Below are positions 45,254 through 54,005 of a DNA stretch of 64,000 bases, piece after piece. How positions within the stretch are numbered: the first letter of the stretch is position 1; each line of letters opens with the position of its first letter. Under the pieces are notes generated by a model that was given only the letters and a program-made list of their open reading frames with translations, did not search any database and was not told where the DNA came from. The DNA is from an uncultured Verrucomicrobiota bacterium. Lineage in GTDB: Bacteria; Verrucomicrobiota; Verrucomicrobiia; Limisphaerales; SIBE01. Location of the stretch: contig CAZODO010000006.1 of assembly GCA_964578605.1 (NCBI GenBank), positions 9,622-73,621 on the forward strand. Direction: 5' to 3'. Both the position numbers and the translations under genes were made by a program.

Positions 45254-46906
45254 TCATTTCGCCGGCACCGGAGCTTTCCGGAGGGCTCCATTGCCATGGC
45301 CATTGCCGAGGTAAGGCTTCTTCTGGAGCAAAGCCAAATACTCGTTCCGGAAGAACCGCAGGGTGCTCAACACCGGGTTGGGCGCCGTCTGGCCCAGCCC
45401 GCACAAGCTGGTGTTCTTGACGACTTCGCAAAGCTCCTCGAGTTGCTCCAGATCGCGCTGAGTCGCCTCCCCCCCCGCGATCTTGTTGAGCAGATGGTAC
45501 ATTTGCACCGTGCCCGCCCGGCAAGGAACACATTTGCCGCAGGATTCGTCCATGCAGAATTCCATGAAAAACCGTGCGACCTCGACCATCCGCGTGGACT
45601 CGTCCATCACGATCATCCCCCCGGATCCCATGATCGACCCGAGGCGCGACAAGGATTCGTAATCCACCGGCGTATCCAGGGCGTCGGCCGGGATGCAGCC
45701 GCCGGACGGCCCGCCTGTCTGGACGGCTTTGATCTTGCCGCCGTTCGGAGCGCCGCCGCCCATCTCTTCGACAATCGTGCGCAACGGGGTGCCCATCGGC
45801 ACCTCGATCAGGCCGGTATTCTTGATCTTGCCGGCCAGCGCGAAGACCTTTGTGCCCTTGCTCTTCTCCGTCCCAATGCCGGAAAACCACTCCGCGCCCT
45901 TTCGCAATATCACTGGGACATTCGCGAAGGTCTCGACGTTGTTGATCAGCGTCGGGCATCCCCACAACCCCGATTCCGCCGGAAAAGGCGGCCGCGGCCG
46001 CGGCGTTCCTCGCTTGCCCTCCACCGAGGCCATCAGGGCGGTTTCTTCGCCACAAACGAAGGCGCCCGCGCCAATGCGGATTTCGACGTTGAAATTGACC
46101 GGCGACTCGAAAATGCCACTGCCCAGCACACCCAGTTGCTTGGCTTGCCTGATCGCAGTCTGCAGGCGGCTGATGGCCAAAGGATACTCCGCGCGCACAT
46201 AGAGGAAGCCCTGGTCCGCGCCGACCGCGTAGGCGGCGATGGCCATGCCTTCCAGAACGCTGTGCGGGTCGCTCTCCAGCACGGACCGGTCCATGAACGC
46301 GCCCGGATCGCCTTCGTCCGCATTGCAGACGACGTATTTCCGGGGGGCGGGAGACTTCGCCACGGTTCCCCATTTCAAGCCTGTGGGATACCCTGCGCCG
46401 CCTCGTCCGCGGAGGCCGCTTTTCACGATGGTTTCAATGACGTCCTTTTCCGTCCTTTCGTTGATCGCCTCGTGCAGGGCCTGGTACCCGTCCGCGGCGA
46501 TGTACGATTCAATCCGGTCGGGATCGACAATGCCGCTGTTTTGCAGCACCACGGAAACCTGGCGGGTAAAGAAGGGCTGGTCCGGGTTTCCTTGCTGGAC
46601 CTGGGTGGCTCCCCCGGTGAGCGCGGCGACAATGGAAGGGGCATCCTCGGGCGCCACCTTCTCAAACAGAATTCCCGAAGGGTCGACCTGCACCAGGGGC
46701 CCTTGGCAGCAGAGCTTCAAACAGCCCACCCCGCGCACTTCCACCTGGTCGGCCACGCCGGCGTCGGTAACCGCCTTTTCGAGGGCATTCTTGACCGCCT
46801 GCCCGTGGGAAGACATGCAGCCGGCTGCCAGGCAGCACCGCAAGGTGTACTTCTTCCGCGCGGCCAGCTCTTTCTGTTTGAGTTGGAGTAAGTCGCTAAA
46901 ATCCAT
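45254..46906 (-). CDS. hoxF: Diaphorase NAD(P)H/FMN subunit HoxF (NuoF-like)
   Basis: [43 protein letters not shown] and [12 protein letters not shown]. The N-terminus is thioredoxin-like 2Fe-2S ([21 protein letters not shown]). Start at ATG 46906 (MDFSDLL), overlapping hoxE by 11 nt. Confidence 0.9.
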   Translation of the reverse strand: MDFSDLLQLKQKELAARKKYTLRCCLAAGCMSSHGQAVKNALEKAVTDAGVADQVEVRGVGCLKLCCQGPLVQVDPSGILFEKVAPEDAPSIVAALTGGATQVQQGNPDQPFFTRQVSVVLQNSGIVDPDRIESYIAADGYQALHEAINERTEKDVIETIVKSGLRGRGGAGYPTGLKWGTVAKSPAPRKYVVCNADEGDPGAFMDRSVLESDPHSVLEGMAIAAYAVGADQGFLYVRAEYPLAISRLQTAIRQAKQLGVLGSGIFESPVNFNVEIRIGAGAFVCGEETALMASVEGKRGTPRPRPPFPAESGLWGCPTLINNVETFANVPVILRKGAEWFSGIGTEKSKGTKVFALAGKIKNTGLIEVPMGTPLRTIVEEMGGGAPNGGKIKAVQTGGPSGGCIPADALDTPVDYESLSRLGSIMGSGGMIVMDESTRMVEVARFFMEFCMDESCGKCVPCRAGTVQMYHLLNKIAGGEATQRDLEQLEELCEVVKNTSLCGLGQTAPNPVLSTLRFFRNEYLALLQKKPYLGNGHGNGALRKAPVPAK

Positions 46907-47420
46907 TGGGCACCCACTTTCCGATTTGTTCCAAGGCGGACTCCGGCGTCTGGCGCGGGGTGACGACATTGTCGTAGACCACGGCCGGAGCGATGCCGCA
47001 TGCCCCGATGCAGCGCGCCGTGAGGAGGGAAACCTGGTTGTCAGGTGTGGTCTCGCCGGGTTTGATCTTGGTCTTGTCCTGAACGGCGGCAATGACCTTG
47101 TCCGCCCCTTTCACGTAACACGCGGTCCCCATGCACACGACGCAGGTGTGCGCCCCTTTCGGTTTCAGCGTGAAGAAATGGTAGAATGTCGCAACCCCAT
47201 ACACGCGGCTCGGCGGCAGTTTGAGACTTTGCGCGATGTAAACCAGGACGTCGTTCTCGAGGTAGCCGAACAATTCCTGGGCCTTGTGCAGCACCTCGAT
47301 AAGCGAATCCGCCTTCTGCTGTTGCCGCTTAATGTGCGTGTCCAGAATTTTGAACCGCTTGTCGCCACTGGGGTGCGGCGCCACAGGTCGCGGAACGGGT
47401 CTATGCGTTAGAAGCTTCAT
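46896..47420 (-). CDS. hoxE: Diaphorase 2Fe-2S subunit HoxE (NuoE-like)
   Basis: [33 protein letters not shown] and [12 protein letters not shown]. Start at ATG 47420 (MKLLTHR). Confidence 0.85.
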   Translation of the reverse strand: MKLLTHRPVPRPVAPHPSGDKRFKILDTHIKRQQQKADSLIEVLHKAQELFGYLENDVLVYIAQSLKLPPSRVYGVATFYHFFTLKPKGAHTCVVCMGTACYVKGADKVIAAVQDKTKIKPGETTPDNQVSLLTARCIGACGIAPAVVYDNVVTPRQTPESALEQIGKWVPNGF

Positions 47421-47578
47421 TGCAGTCCTGTCTGGCGGGCCTGTCCGGCGCCGCGGATACCTCGTCTCGGAGGTAGGCCACCGTGCGCCCGGACGCTTCC
47501 GCAAATCCAGGTTTCATCATGTTCGGCTGTTCAGCGCTGCCGGGAATTGGTCGTTCCCGGTTTGGCTTCTCATTCCCT

Positions 47579-47661
47579 GGAGTGCCGGCTTGCGGCCAGC
47601 TTCATCCTTCGCCGTCGCCACGAGCGAGCGGAGCCTGAAGCCGGCCGCAAGCCGGCACTCC
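47579..47661 (+). repeat. REP-like palindromic element, copy B (26-bp arms with one mismatch, ~31-nt centre)
   Basis: GGAGTGCCGGCTTGCGGCCAGCTTCA (47579-47604) is complementary to TGAAGCCGGCCGCAAGCCGGCACTCC (47636-47661), except for one position. The centre ..CCTTCGCCGTCGCCACGAGCGAGCGGAGCC aligns with copy A at 13183-13254. A small neighbouring hairpin CCGGGAA/TTCCCGG lies at about 47540-47560. Confidence 0.8.
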
Positions 47662-48092
47662 GGAAAAATCACTGCGAGTGCACGGTAAAGAAGGGCCCGG
47701 GTTTGAACTCCACAGAATTTGTCAATTAGCACCCGTCTTTTGTTTGGTTGGAAGCTATAAGACAGCCGAATGCAAGGGTGTCCATTGTGCTTTCAGTCTC
47801 AATCCACACCGCCCACCGCCGTTATTCCCTTCCCAGCCCCTCGGTCCATCTTGGACTCCGCGATCCGGAACTCTCCGAGCGTGAATCCGGCCTGAATCTT
47901 CTGTAACATCCGGGGACGGAAGGTTTAAATAGCTGCGTTCGCAATGGGAACCCTGCCGCGCGCAGCATACACAACTTACCGGGGAGACCGCAGCATGAAC
48001 TACAAAGATCAAGAGCAGGAGCAAGAGCAAGAAGACACTTGGACCTGTCGGGCATCTCTCGGACTCCTCAGTAAACAACCGCACTTTGCCCT

Positions 48093-48965
48093 ATGAGGCC
48101 GGAAGTGATTAGCGGTATCGCGTGCGACCTGTGTGGAGCGGCGCCGCGCGAGACCCTCTTCATGAAGCATGGGCTTGCGTATAGCCGGTGCCCGGATTGC
48201 GGGTTTGTCTACGCCAGCACGCGGCTGGCGTCCTTTGAGGAGTACAACGACGCCGGCACCGAAGAGCGGCATGAGCGTTACGCGGCCAAACATTTTGACG
48301 TCCGAACGCAGAGAGACTTCGCGCGCGTGCTGCGCCAGTTCCGCGGGTTTCGGCAGACCGGGCGATTCCTGGACCTGGGATGCAACGTCGGGGGAATGGT
48401 CCTGGCCGCGCGCCATACCGGATGGACCGCGATCGGAGTGGAACCCTCAGCGTCGGTGGCCCGTTACGGCCAGGAACGGCACGGGTTGGACATCCGCCCG
48501 AGCACGCTGGAACAAGCCGGCCTGGCCCCGGATAGCTTTGACGTGATCTATTCCAATGCCGTCCTTGAGCACCTGGCCTCACCCCGCGCGGTGCTAAAAT
48601 CGGCCTGGGGCGTGCTCCGCCCGGGCGGTATGATCTGGGCCAGCACGGTCAACCTCGCAAGCTATACCGGGGAGCATCTGGGGGCGAGTTGGCACCTGGT
48701 GGATCCGCGTGCGCATCTCTCGCTCTTTTCTCCTGAAACGCTCACGCGGTTCTTTCGCGAAACAGGTTTCGAGGTGCTCCGCGTGCGCACATCGGGTGTC
48801 CGGTTCCTCTCGCGCGAGGCGGGCCGGCCGAAGGGTTGGGCCAAGCTGTTGGATGGACTCCGGAAGCTGCCTTATAGCGCAGCCGCTCGTTGGAATGGCA
48901 AAGGGGACCGAATCACCATTCTGGCTAGGAAGCCAGCAGCGAGCAAGACGGTGCCGCGTCCATGA
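48093..48965 (+). CDS. Class I SAM-dependent methyltransferase with an N-terminal Cys4 zinc-ribbon-like motif
   Basis: CDLCG...CPDCG, then FLDLGCNVGGMVLAA (motif I) and DVIYSNAVLEHL. Confidence 0.8.
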   Translation: MRPEVISGIACDLCGAAPRETLFMKHGLAYSRCPDCGFVYASTRLASFEEYNDAGTEERHERYAAKHFDVRTQRDFARVLRQFRGFRQTGRFLDLGCNVGGMVLAARHTGWTAIGVEPSASVARYGQERHGLDIRPSTLEQAGLAPDSFDVIYSNAVLEHLASPRAVLKSAWGVLRPGGMIWASTVNLASYTGEHLGASWHLVDPRAHLSLFSPETLTRFFRETGFEVLRVRTSGVRFLSREAGRPKGWAKLLDGLRKLPYSAAARWNGKGDRITILARKPAASKTVPRP

Positions 48966-49936
48966 AGCTGCTTTGCCTAACCACGCGCGGGCTGGACAAG
49001 GCGAGCACCCATTACCGATTCGTTCAGTTCACTGAGTTCTTCCGGGAATCGGGTGTGACCGTGGAGTTTCTTTCTCGAGAGGCCCTCGATGCCGCGCGCT
49101 TGCAGAGCCTGGCTGGCTACGATGCTGTCATCAACCAGCGCTGCCTGCTTCCCTTGGGCTGGGCACGGGCCGTTGCCCGGCGTGCCCGCCGAATGCTCCT
49201 GGACTTTGACGACGCGATCTTCACGCGTCCGGGACAGCCTCGGAGCTGGCTGGCAGCGATGCGGGTCCGGTGGCGTTTGCGATACTGGCTGACCCGCGCC
49301 AACCTCACGACCGTCGCCAACGGCTACCTGGCCGATTACGCCCGCCGGCATGCCAAACGCGTGGAGATCGTTCCCATGGCTCTCGACGCACGGAGCTGGC
49401 ATCCGGGCGAACCGCGTGAAAGACAGGGACCGGTCCGGATCGGCTGGGCTGGATCGCCTTCGAATCTTCCGCAACTCGAGCGGCTCGGAAGCGTGCTGGG
49501 GCCGTGGTTTGAGCAGCGGTCGGATGTCCGGCTGGTCATCCGGTCGGGGCAGCGACCCGCGCTGCCGTTCGATTTCGACTACGAGGCCTTTCAGCCGGGT
49601 GCCGAGCCGGAATTCGTCCGGTCGCTGGATATCGGTTTGGTGGCCCTGCAAAAGGATGCGTTTACCCAGGGGAAATCCCCCATCAAAGCCTTGCAGTACA
49701 TGGCTTGCGGGGTGCCGGCGGTGGGCGAGATCTTTGGGGGCGCCGCGGAGATGCTGGACGAGACGAACAGCATTGCCGTGGAACAGTTGGCGGATTGGCC
49801 GCGCGCCTTGGACGCCTTGGCAGGCGATCCGCAGCGAAGGCAGCGTCTTGGGAACGCTGGTCTGGAAAGGTTCCGCAAGCGGCATGAACTGCGCGTGGTC
49901 GGGGCCCGATGGCTGGAGCTGTTTCGAGAGGGTTAA
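48962..49936 (+). CDS. GT-B fold glycosyltransferase (group 1-like)
   Basis: RIGWAGSPSNLPQLE and the C-terminal half ..GKSPIKALQYMACGVPAVGE are typical of GT1/GT4-type enzymes. ATGA overlap with the upstream gene. Confidence 0.7.
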   Translation: MKLLCLTTRGLDKASTHYRFVQFTEFFRESGVTVEFLSREALDAARLQSLAGYDAVINQRCLLPLGWARAVARRARRMLLDFDDAIFTRPGQPRSWLAAMRVRWRLRYWLTRANLTTVANGYLADYARRHAKRVEIVPMALDARSWHPGEPRERQGPVRIGWAGSPSNLPQLERLGSVLGPWFEQRSDVRLVIRSGQRPALPFDFDYEAFQPGAEPEFVRSLDIGLVALQKDAFTQGKSPIKALQYMACGVPAVGEIFGGAAEMLDETNSIAVEQLADWPRALDALAGDPQRRQRLGNAGLERFRKRHELRVVGARWLELFREG

Positions 49937-49997
49937 CGCGGCGGTGTCTTAATCTGCTTCATATTGCGAAGGGCTTTGGTATCGTCCTGGCACCTTT

Positions 49998-50744
49998 ATG
50001 GCGAAGGTGCTTCGCTCAATCATTCGCAAGACGCTTTTTGGCAAACGGGGAAATCTGGTGTCGCTAGACGAACCGTTTTCCACGCTGGCTCGGCTGCTGG
50101 GAGGCAGGGCCATTCGCGCCATGGTCGATGCCGGCGCGAGCGACGGCCGGGTGTCGCGGCGAATGATGGAGCGGTTTCCGGAGGCAACCGTGTATGCGTT
50201 TGAACCCAACCCGGCCTACCAGGCGGCGCTGCGCGGCTTTGCCGAACGGGATCCGCGCTTCAAACCGCGGTTCAGCGCGCTGGCGGCCGCCGCCGGAGTG
50301 CGGAAGCTGAACGTGGCCAGGTCGCCAGGTGCCACCTCGCTCTTCCAGCCGTCCGCCCGTTTGCGTGAGTTCGCGGCTGACGACACCGAAGTCGTCCAGT
50401 CTGTGGAAGTCCCCGTCACCACCCTGGACGCGTGGGCGAAGGCTGAGGGCGTTTCCGGGATCGGCGTGATCAAGCTGGACATTCAGGGCGGGGAACTCGA
50501 AGCGCTGGAGGGCGCCAGAGAATTGCTTCGCGATTCCGTCAGGGGCATTTACACCGAAGTCCTGTTCAGTCCGCTCTACTATGGTGGCGCGCTCTTCGGC
50601 GAACTTGACGCGTTCCTGCGCGCGAGCGGGTTCGTCCTCTACAACTTCTACGGGCCGAAAACGGATCGAAATGACGCCCTCCTCTGGGCGAACGCGATCT
50701 ATCTGCGCAACGACGCCCTGACCACGCGAGAGGCAGTTGAATGA
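49998..50744 (+). CDS. FkbM-family methyltransferase
   Basis: MVDAGASDGRVSRRM..ATVYAFEPNP and IKLDIQGGELEALEGA are the hallmark FkbM motifs. Confidence 0.8.
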   Translation: MAKVLRSIIRKTLFGKRGNLVSLDEPFSTLARLLGGRAIRAMVDAGASDGRVSRRMMERFPEATVYAFEPNPAYQAALRGFAERDPRFKPRFSALAAAAGVRKLNVARSPGATSLFQPSARLREFAADDTEVVQSVEVPVTTLDAWAKAEGVSGIGVIKLDIQGGELEALEGARELLRDSVRGIYTEVLFSPLYYGGALFGELDAFLRASGFVLYNFYGPKTDRNDALLWANAIYLRNDALTTREAVE

Positions 50745-51610
50745 CTCAACCCGCACAGCCCAAACCGGACCGATGGTTGAACGCCTTCGCCCGGGACGTC
50801 AATTCCCAAGCCGGCGAAGACGGCATCCTGGAGAAGATTCTGGAGATGCTTCCGGACAGGACCCAATGGTGCGTCGAATTTGGCGCCTGGGATGGGCGGC
50901 ACCGGAGCAATACCCATAACCTGGTCGAGAACCACGGTTATGCCGCGGTGCTGATTGAAGCGAACCAAGAACGCTTTGAAGACCTGATGCGGCACTGCAA
51001 GCAATTCACGAGAGCCGTCCCGATTCGGGCCTTCGTTGGCTTCAACGAGGCGGACGGACTCGATGCCATTTTGGCCGGCACCGAGATCCCGCTGAACTTC
51101 GATGTGCTGTCGATCGATATCGATGGCAACGATTACCACGTGTGGGACGCGGTTCGACGGTATCGCCCGAAGGTGGTCGTGATCGAGTTCAACCCCACCA
51201 TCCCGACTGCGGTGGATTTCGTTCAAGCGCGAGAGCCCGGCCTGTCTCAAGGAAGCAGCCTCAAGGCGCTCGATCGGCTGGCGCGGAGCAAGGGCTACGC
51301 GCTCGTGGCCACCACCAGGCTCAACGCGATCTTCGTCGAAGCCGGCTTCTTTGGCCTTTTCGGAATTGCCGATAACAGCGTGGAACGTATGCGCGTGGAC
51401 GAATCGGCTGTCACTTACATCTTTAACGGCTATGACGGAACCGTGTTCGTGCGCGGCTTTGGCGATCTGGGATGGCACCGTTTGCCTTACCGAGAGTCTC
51501 GGCTCCAGCAGTTGCCCCGCTGGCTCCGCCAGTACCCCGACCATTACCCGCGATGGAAACGGACGATCGCGCGCGTTTACCGGTCCCTGCGGAAGCGTGG
51601 GATTCTTTGA
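50741..51610 (+). CDS. Putative FkbM-like/SAM-dependent methyltransferase-fold protein
   Basis: NSQAGEDGILEKILE...CVEFGAWDGRHRSNTHNL..GYAAVLIE and LSIDIDGNDYHVW resemble FkbM-related proteins. This call is less certain. ATGA overlap with the upstream gene. Confidence 0.5.
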   Translation: MTQPAQPKPDRWLNAFARDVNSQAGEDGILEKILEMLPDRTQWCVEFGAWDGRHRSNTHNLVENHGYAAVLIEANQERFEDLMRHCKQFTRAVPIRAFVGFNEADGLDAILAGTEIPLNFDVLSIDIDGNDYHVWDAVRRYRPKVVVIEFNPTIPTAVDFVQAREPGLSQGSSLKALDRLARSKGYALVATTRLNAIFVEAGFFGLFGIADNSVERMRVDESAVTYIFNGYDGTVFVRGFGDLGWHRLPYRESRLQQLPRWLRQYPDHYPRWKRTIARVYRSLRKRGIL

Positions 51611-51643
51611 CGGCGTGGCGGCAACGACAAGGATGATTCGCCC

Positions 51644-52357
51644 ATGTTGAAGCAATGGTTCTACCGGTTGTCAGCGCCCATCCACCTCCGTCACGCGATG
51701 GGCCGGATCCGGGAAGCGGAACGTCTGTTGCTCTCTCCGGAGGCCCGCTTCGCCATCCCGTTCCTGTTCCGGGGCAAAGGCTGGTTCCGCGTGATGCGTC
51801 CGCGCCAAAACCCTGAGGAAATCGAAACGCTCTACCGCCGGGTGACGGCCCTCAAGCCCAGGCGCGTGCTGGAAATTGGGACAGCCCGGGGAGGCACTCT
51901 CTATCTTTGGACCCAGGCGGCGGCTCTCGATGCGACCTTGATCAGCCTGGATCTGCCGGGCGGCGCCTTTGGCGGAGCGTATCCGGCCTGGAGGATTCCC
52001 TTTTACATGGCCTTCGCCCGGGAGAAGCAGACCATGCATCTGTTGCAGGAAGACTCGCACCAACCCCAAACCTGCCACAAGGTGAAGGACCTGCTGCGAG
52101 GCGAGCTGTTGGACTTCCTGTTCATCGACGGTGACCACACTTACGAGGGCGTGAAAGCGGACTTCGAAATGTATTCGCCCTTGGTGCGTCCCGGCGGCCT
52201 GGTCGCATTCCACGATATCCTGGACCGGCCGCAGGTGCCGGGGCTTGAAGTTCATCGGTTTTGGGCCGAGTTGAAGCCACGCTATTCGGCCACTGAAATC
52301 GTCGGCGGTCCGCAGACCGGCAAGCAGATTGGCATCGGGATGATTGAAATGCCTTAG
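51644..52357 (+). CDS. Class I SAM-dependent methyltransferase, CmcI/cephalosporin-hydroxylase-like (O-methyltransferase type)
   Basis: RVLEIGTARGGTLYLW, LISLDLPGG, DFLFIDGDHTYEGVKADFEMYSPLVRPGGLVAFHDI. Confidence 0.75.
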   Translation: MLKQWFYRLSAPIHLRHAMGRIREAERLLLSPEARFAIPFLFRGKGWFRVMRPRQNPEEIETLYRRVTALKPRRVLEIGTARGGTLYLWTQAAALDATLISLDLPGGAFGGAYPAWRIPFYMAFAREKQTMHLLQEDSHQPQTCHKVKDLLRGELLDFLFIDGDHTYEGVKADFEMYSPLVRPGGLVAFHDILDRPQVPGLEVHRFWAELKPRYSATEIVGGPQTGKQIGIGMIEMP

Positions 52358-53217
52358 CCTGGCACTCCCTGCCAATGCGCACGATAAAACCGGAAAACTG
52401 ACCGGGCGAGGCGCTTGTCTCGAGGCCGCAGTTTCCGAACGCCCAGATACTGCTTCAAGAATCTTAACCGCTCGGTGTTCGAACAGAGCTGCGCGGATCC
52501 TGCAAGGAGTTGGGCGAGATCCTTGACCCGCCGGCGCGCGCCCAGCGGCGTCCAGTCGAATTGGCCTCGCGGACAATCGATCCACCAAACCTTGGGCGGA
52601 TTGGACCCGGTGGCTTGCACCAGAACGTTTCGCCAATGAATGTCCCCATGATAAAAGCGCGCCTGGTGTAGACGGCTTAGCATGTTGGCAACTTGCCCAA
52701 GGACGAGCGCGCGGAACACGCGCCCTGCGGACGGATCGCGCCCGGAACACGCGTCCCTCAGGGAATCCGTAAGCGAACGCACGCCGTGGAGCGTCCGCGT
52801 CAGCAGGAACGCATGGCGAAGCCGCCCCAACCAATCGCGCTCCTCGCCACAAGCGATCCGCTCCGCGCACGCAATGCCAAGGCGCTCGAAGACCCCGTAG
52901 TTGCGATATTCGCGAAGGGCTTTGGAAGGCCTCAGCCAGTATCGCCAGGACGGCTGTAGAAAGGTGTATTGCTTGTAGTGCGCCGCGATGCCGGGACTGC
53001 CAGGCGGGGTCAAGCGCACCGGACTCACGTAGGTTCTCTGTTGCTTCGGTGGGAGGGTCCGTCCCAGCAAGGTCGTCACGTCCGATGGGCGCCGAAGCCC
53101 CAGGTTCCGGAAGAGCCCTTCGTATCTCGGGCTCACCCGCAATCTGTCGCCGACAAACAATCGCTTGAGCCAGACCTCCGATTGCGCGATGTTCCGGGGA
53201 CTTGCGGGAAAAGCCAT
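52354..53217 (-). CDS. Lipopolysaccharide-kinase (Kdo/WaaP/InaA) family protein
   Basis: PSKALREYRNYGVFERLGI, AFLLTRTL and LSRLHQARFYHGDIHWRNVLV (catalytic HxD..N). I prefer the start at ATG 53217. The ORF-track start is 53262. Confidence 0.75.
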   Translation of the reverse strand: MAFPASPRNIAQSEVWLKRLFVGDRLRVSPRYEGLFRNLGLRRPSDVTTLLGRTLPPKQQRTYVSPVRLTPPGSPGIAAHYKQYTFLQPSWRYWLRPSKALREYRNYGVFERLGIACAERIACGEERDWLGRLRHAFLLTRTLHGVRSLTDSLRDACSGRDPSAGRVFRALVLGQVANMLSRLHQARFYHGDIHWRNVLVQATGSNPPKVWWIDCPRGQFDWTPLGARRRVKDLAQLLAGSAQLCSNTERLRFLKQYLGVRKLRPRDKRLARSVFRFYRAHWQGVPG

Positions 53218-53276
53218 CTTGAAGCAATAGTAGCGGCTGTGGTTTCCGTTCTGTCCAGGCAAATGTCCTCGCTCGT

Positions 53277-54005
53277 TTGAGGCGACGGGTTACCGCACTT
53301 TTTGTGAGCGATATCAACCACTACCGAGAAAGACTCAACGACCAGCGGAGCGCGACAACCTACGCCAGCCGTTTTGAGCGCGGCTCCCGCCGAAGGATCG
53401 ATCGCCGCGAGCAACGTGCCGTCAAGAGGATCTTCGACAGCCTGCGCGGCTGCAAGAGCGTCCTGGATGTGCCCTGCGGCGCGGGACGGTTTCTGGCGAA
53501 TCTCGCGCCCGGGCGCACCTTGTCCGAAATGGACGTTTCGGAGAAGATTCTTGAAGTGGCGCGGCAACGCGCCGCGGCCCAGGGGTTGAAGGCCGAATTC
53601 CTGCACGGCGACGCTTCGCGAATCCCTTTGCCCGACGCAGCCGTCGACTCCGTTTTCTGCAATCGCCTGCTGCACCATATCCGGTCCGCGGCCGAAAGGT
53701 CCGTGTTCCTTAGAGAGTTCCACCGCGTCGCCCGCAAGTATGTGGTGGTTTCCTTTTTCGATTACCTCGCGTTCGGAAGATTGCGCCGGTTCCTGAAGAG
53801 TCTCAAGGGTCGCAAAGTGGATTACACAGGGCAGCCCACGCTGCGCGAGTTTGGGGACGAGGTGCGCCAGTGTGGCTTCGAGGTGCTTGAGGTGGTTCCC
53901 ACCGGGGCGTTCTGGGTTTCGCAAAAGTACTTCGTGCTGGCCAAGAAGCCGGCTGAAGGCCATACGACTCCCACCTGGCCCGGCGATTTTCCGAAGGCCG
54001 TCTAG
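53277..54005 (+). CDS. Class I SAM-dependent methyltransferase
   Basis: [13 protein letters not shown] (motif I), [33 protein letters not shown] start as listed. GTG 53304 is an alternative start. Confidence 0.8.
   Translation: MRRRVTALFVSDINHYRERLNDQRSATTYASRFERGSRRRIDRREQRAVKRIFDSLRGCKSVLDVPCGAGRFLANLAPGRTLSEMDVSEKILEVARQRAAAQGLKAEFLHGDASRIPLPDAAVDSVFCNRLLHHIRSAAERSVFLREFHRVARKYVVVSFFDYLAFGRLRRFLKSLKGRKVDYTGQPTLREFGDEVRQCGFEVLEVVPTGAFWVSQKYFVLAKKPAEGHTTPTWPGDFPKAV

Noticed and set aside
45296-47411. Plus-strand ORFs 45296..46891 (531 aa) and 46239..47411 (390 aa).
   Set aside because: They are antisense to hoxF and hoxE, which show all the NuoF/NuoE cofactor motifs.
47421-48092. A sigma54 or sigma70 promoter for the hox operon, and ORF 47755..48084(-).
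   Set aside because: I found no TGGCAC-N5-TTGC match. The only TTGACA on the minus strand (47725-47720) lacks a plausible -10 element at 16-18 nt. The 109-aa ORF gets its LLLLLLL run from the hexamer repeat and has no supporting features.
51671-53317. 548-aa minus-strand ORF.
   Set aside because: It spans the convergent methyltransferase and LPS-kinase genes in a third frame, is Arg/Ala/Pro-rich and has no motifs.
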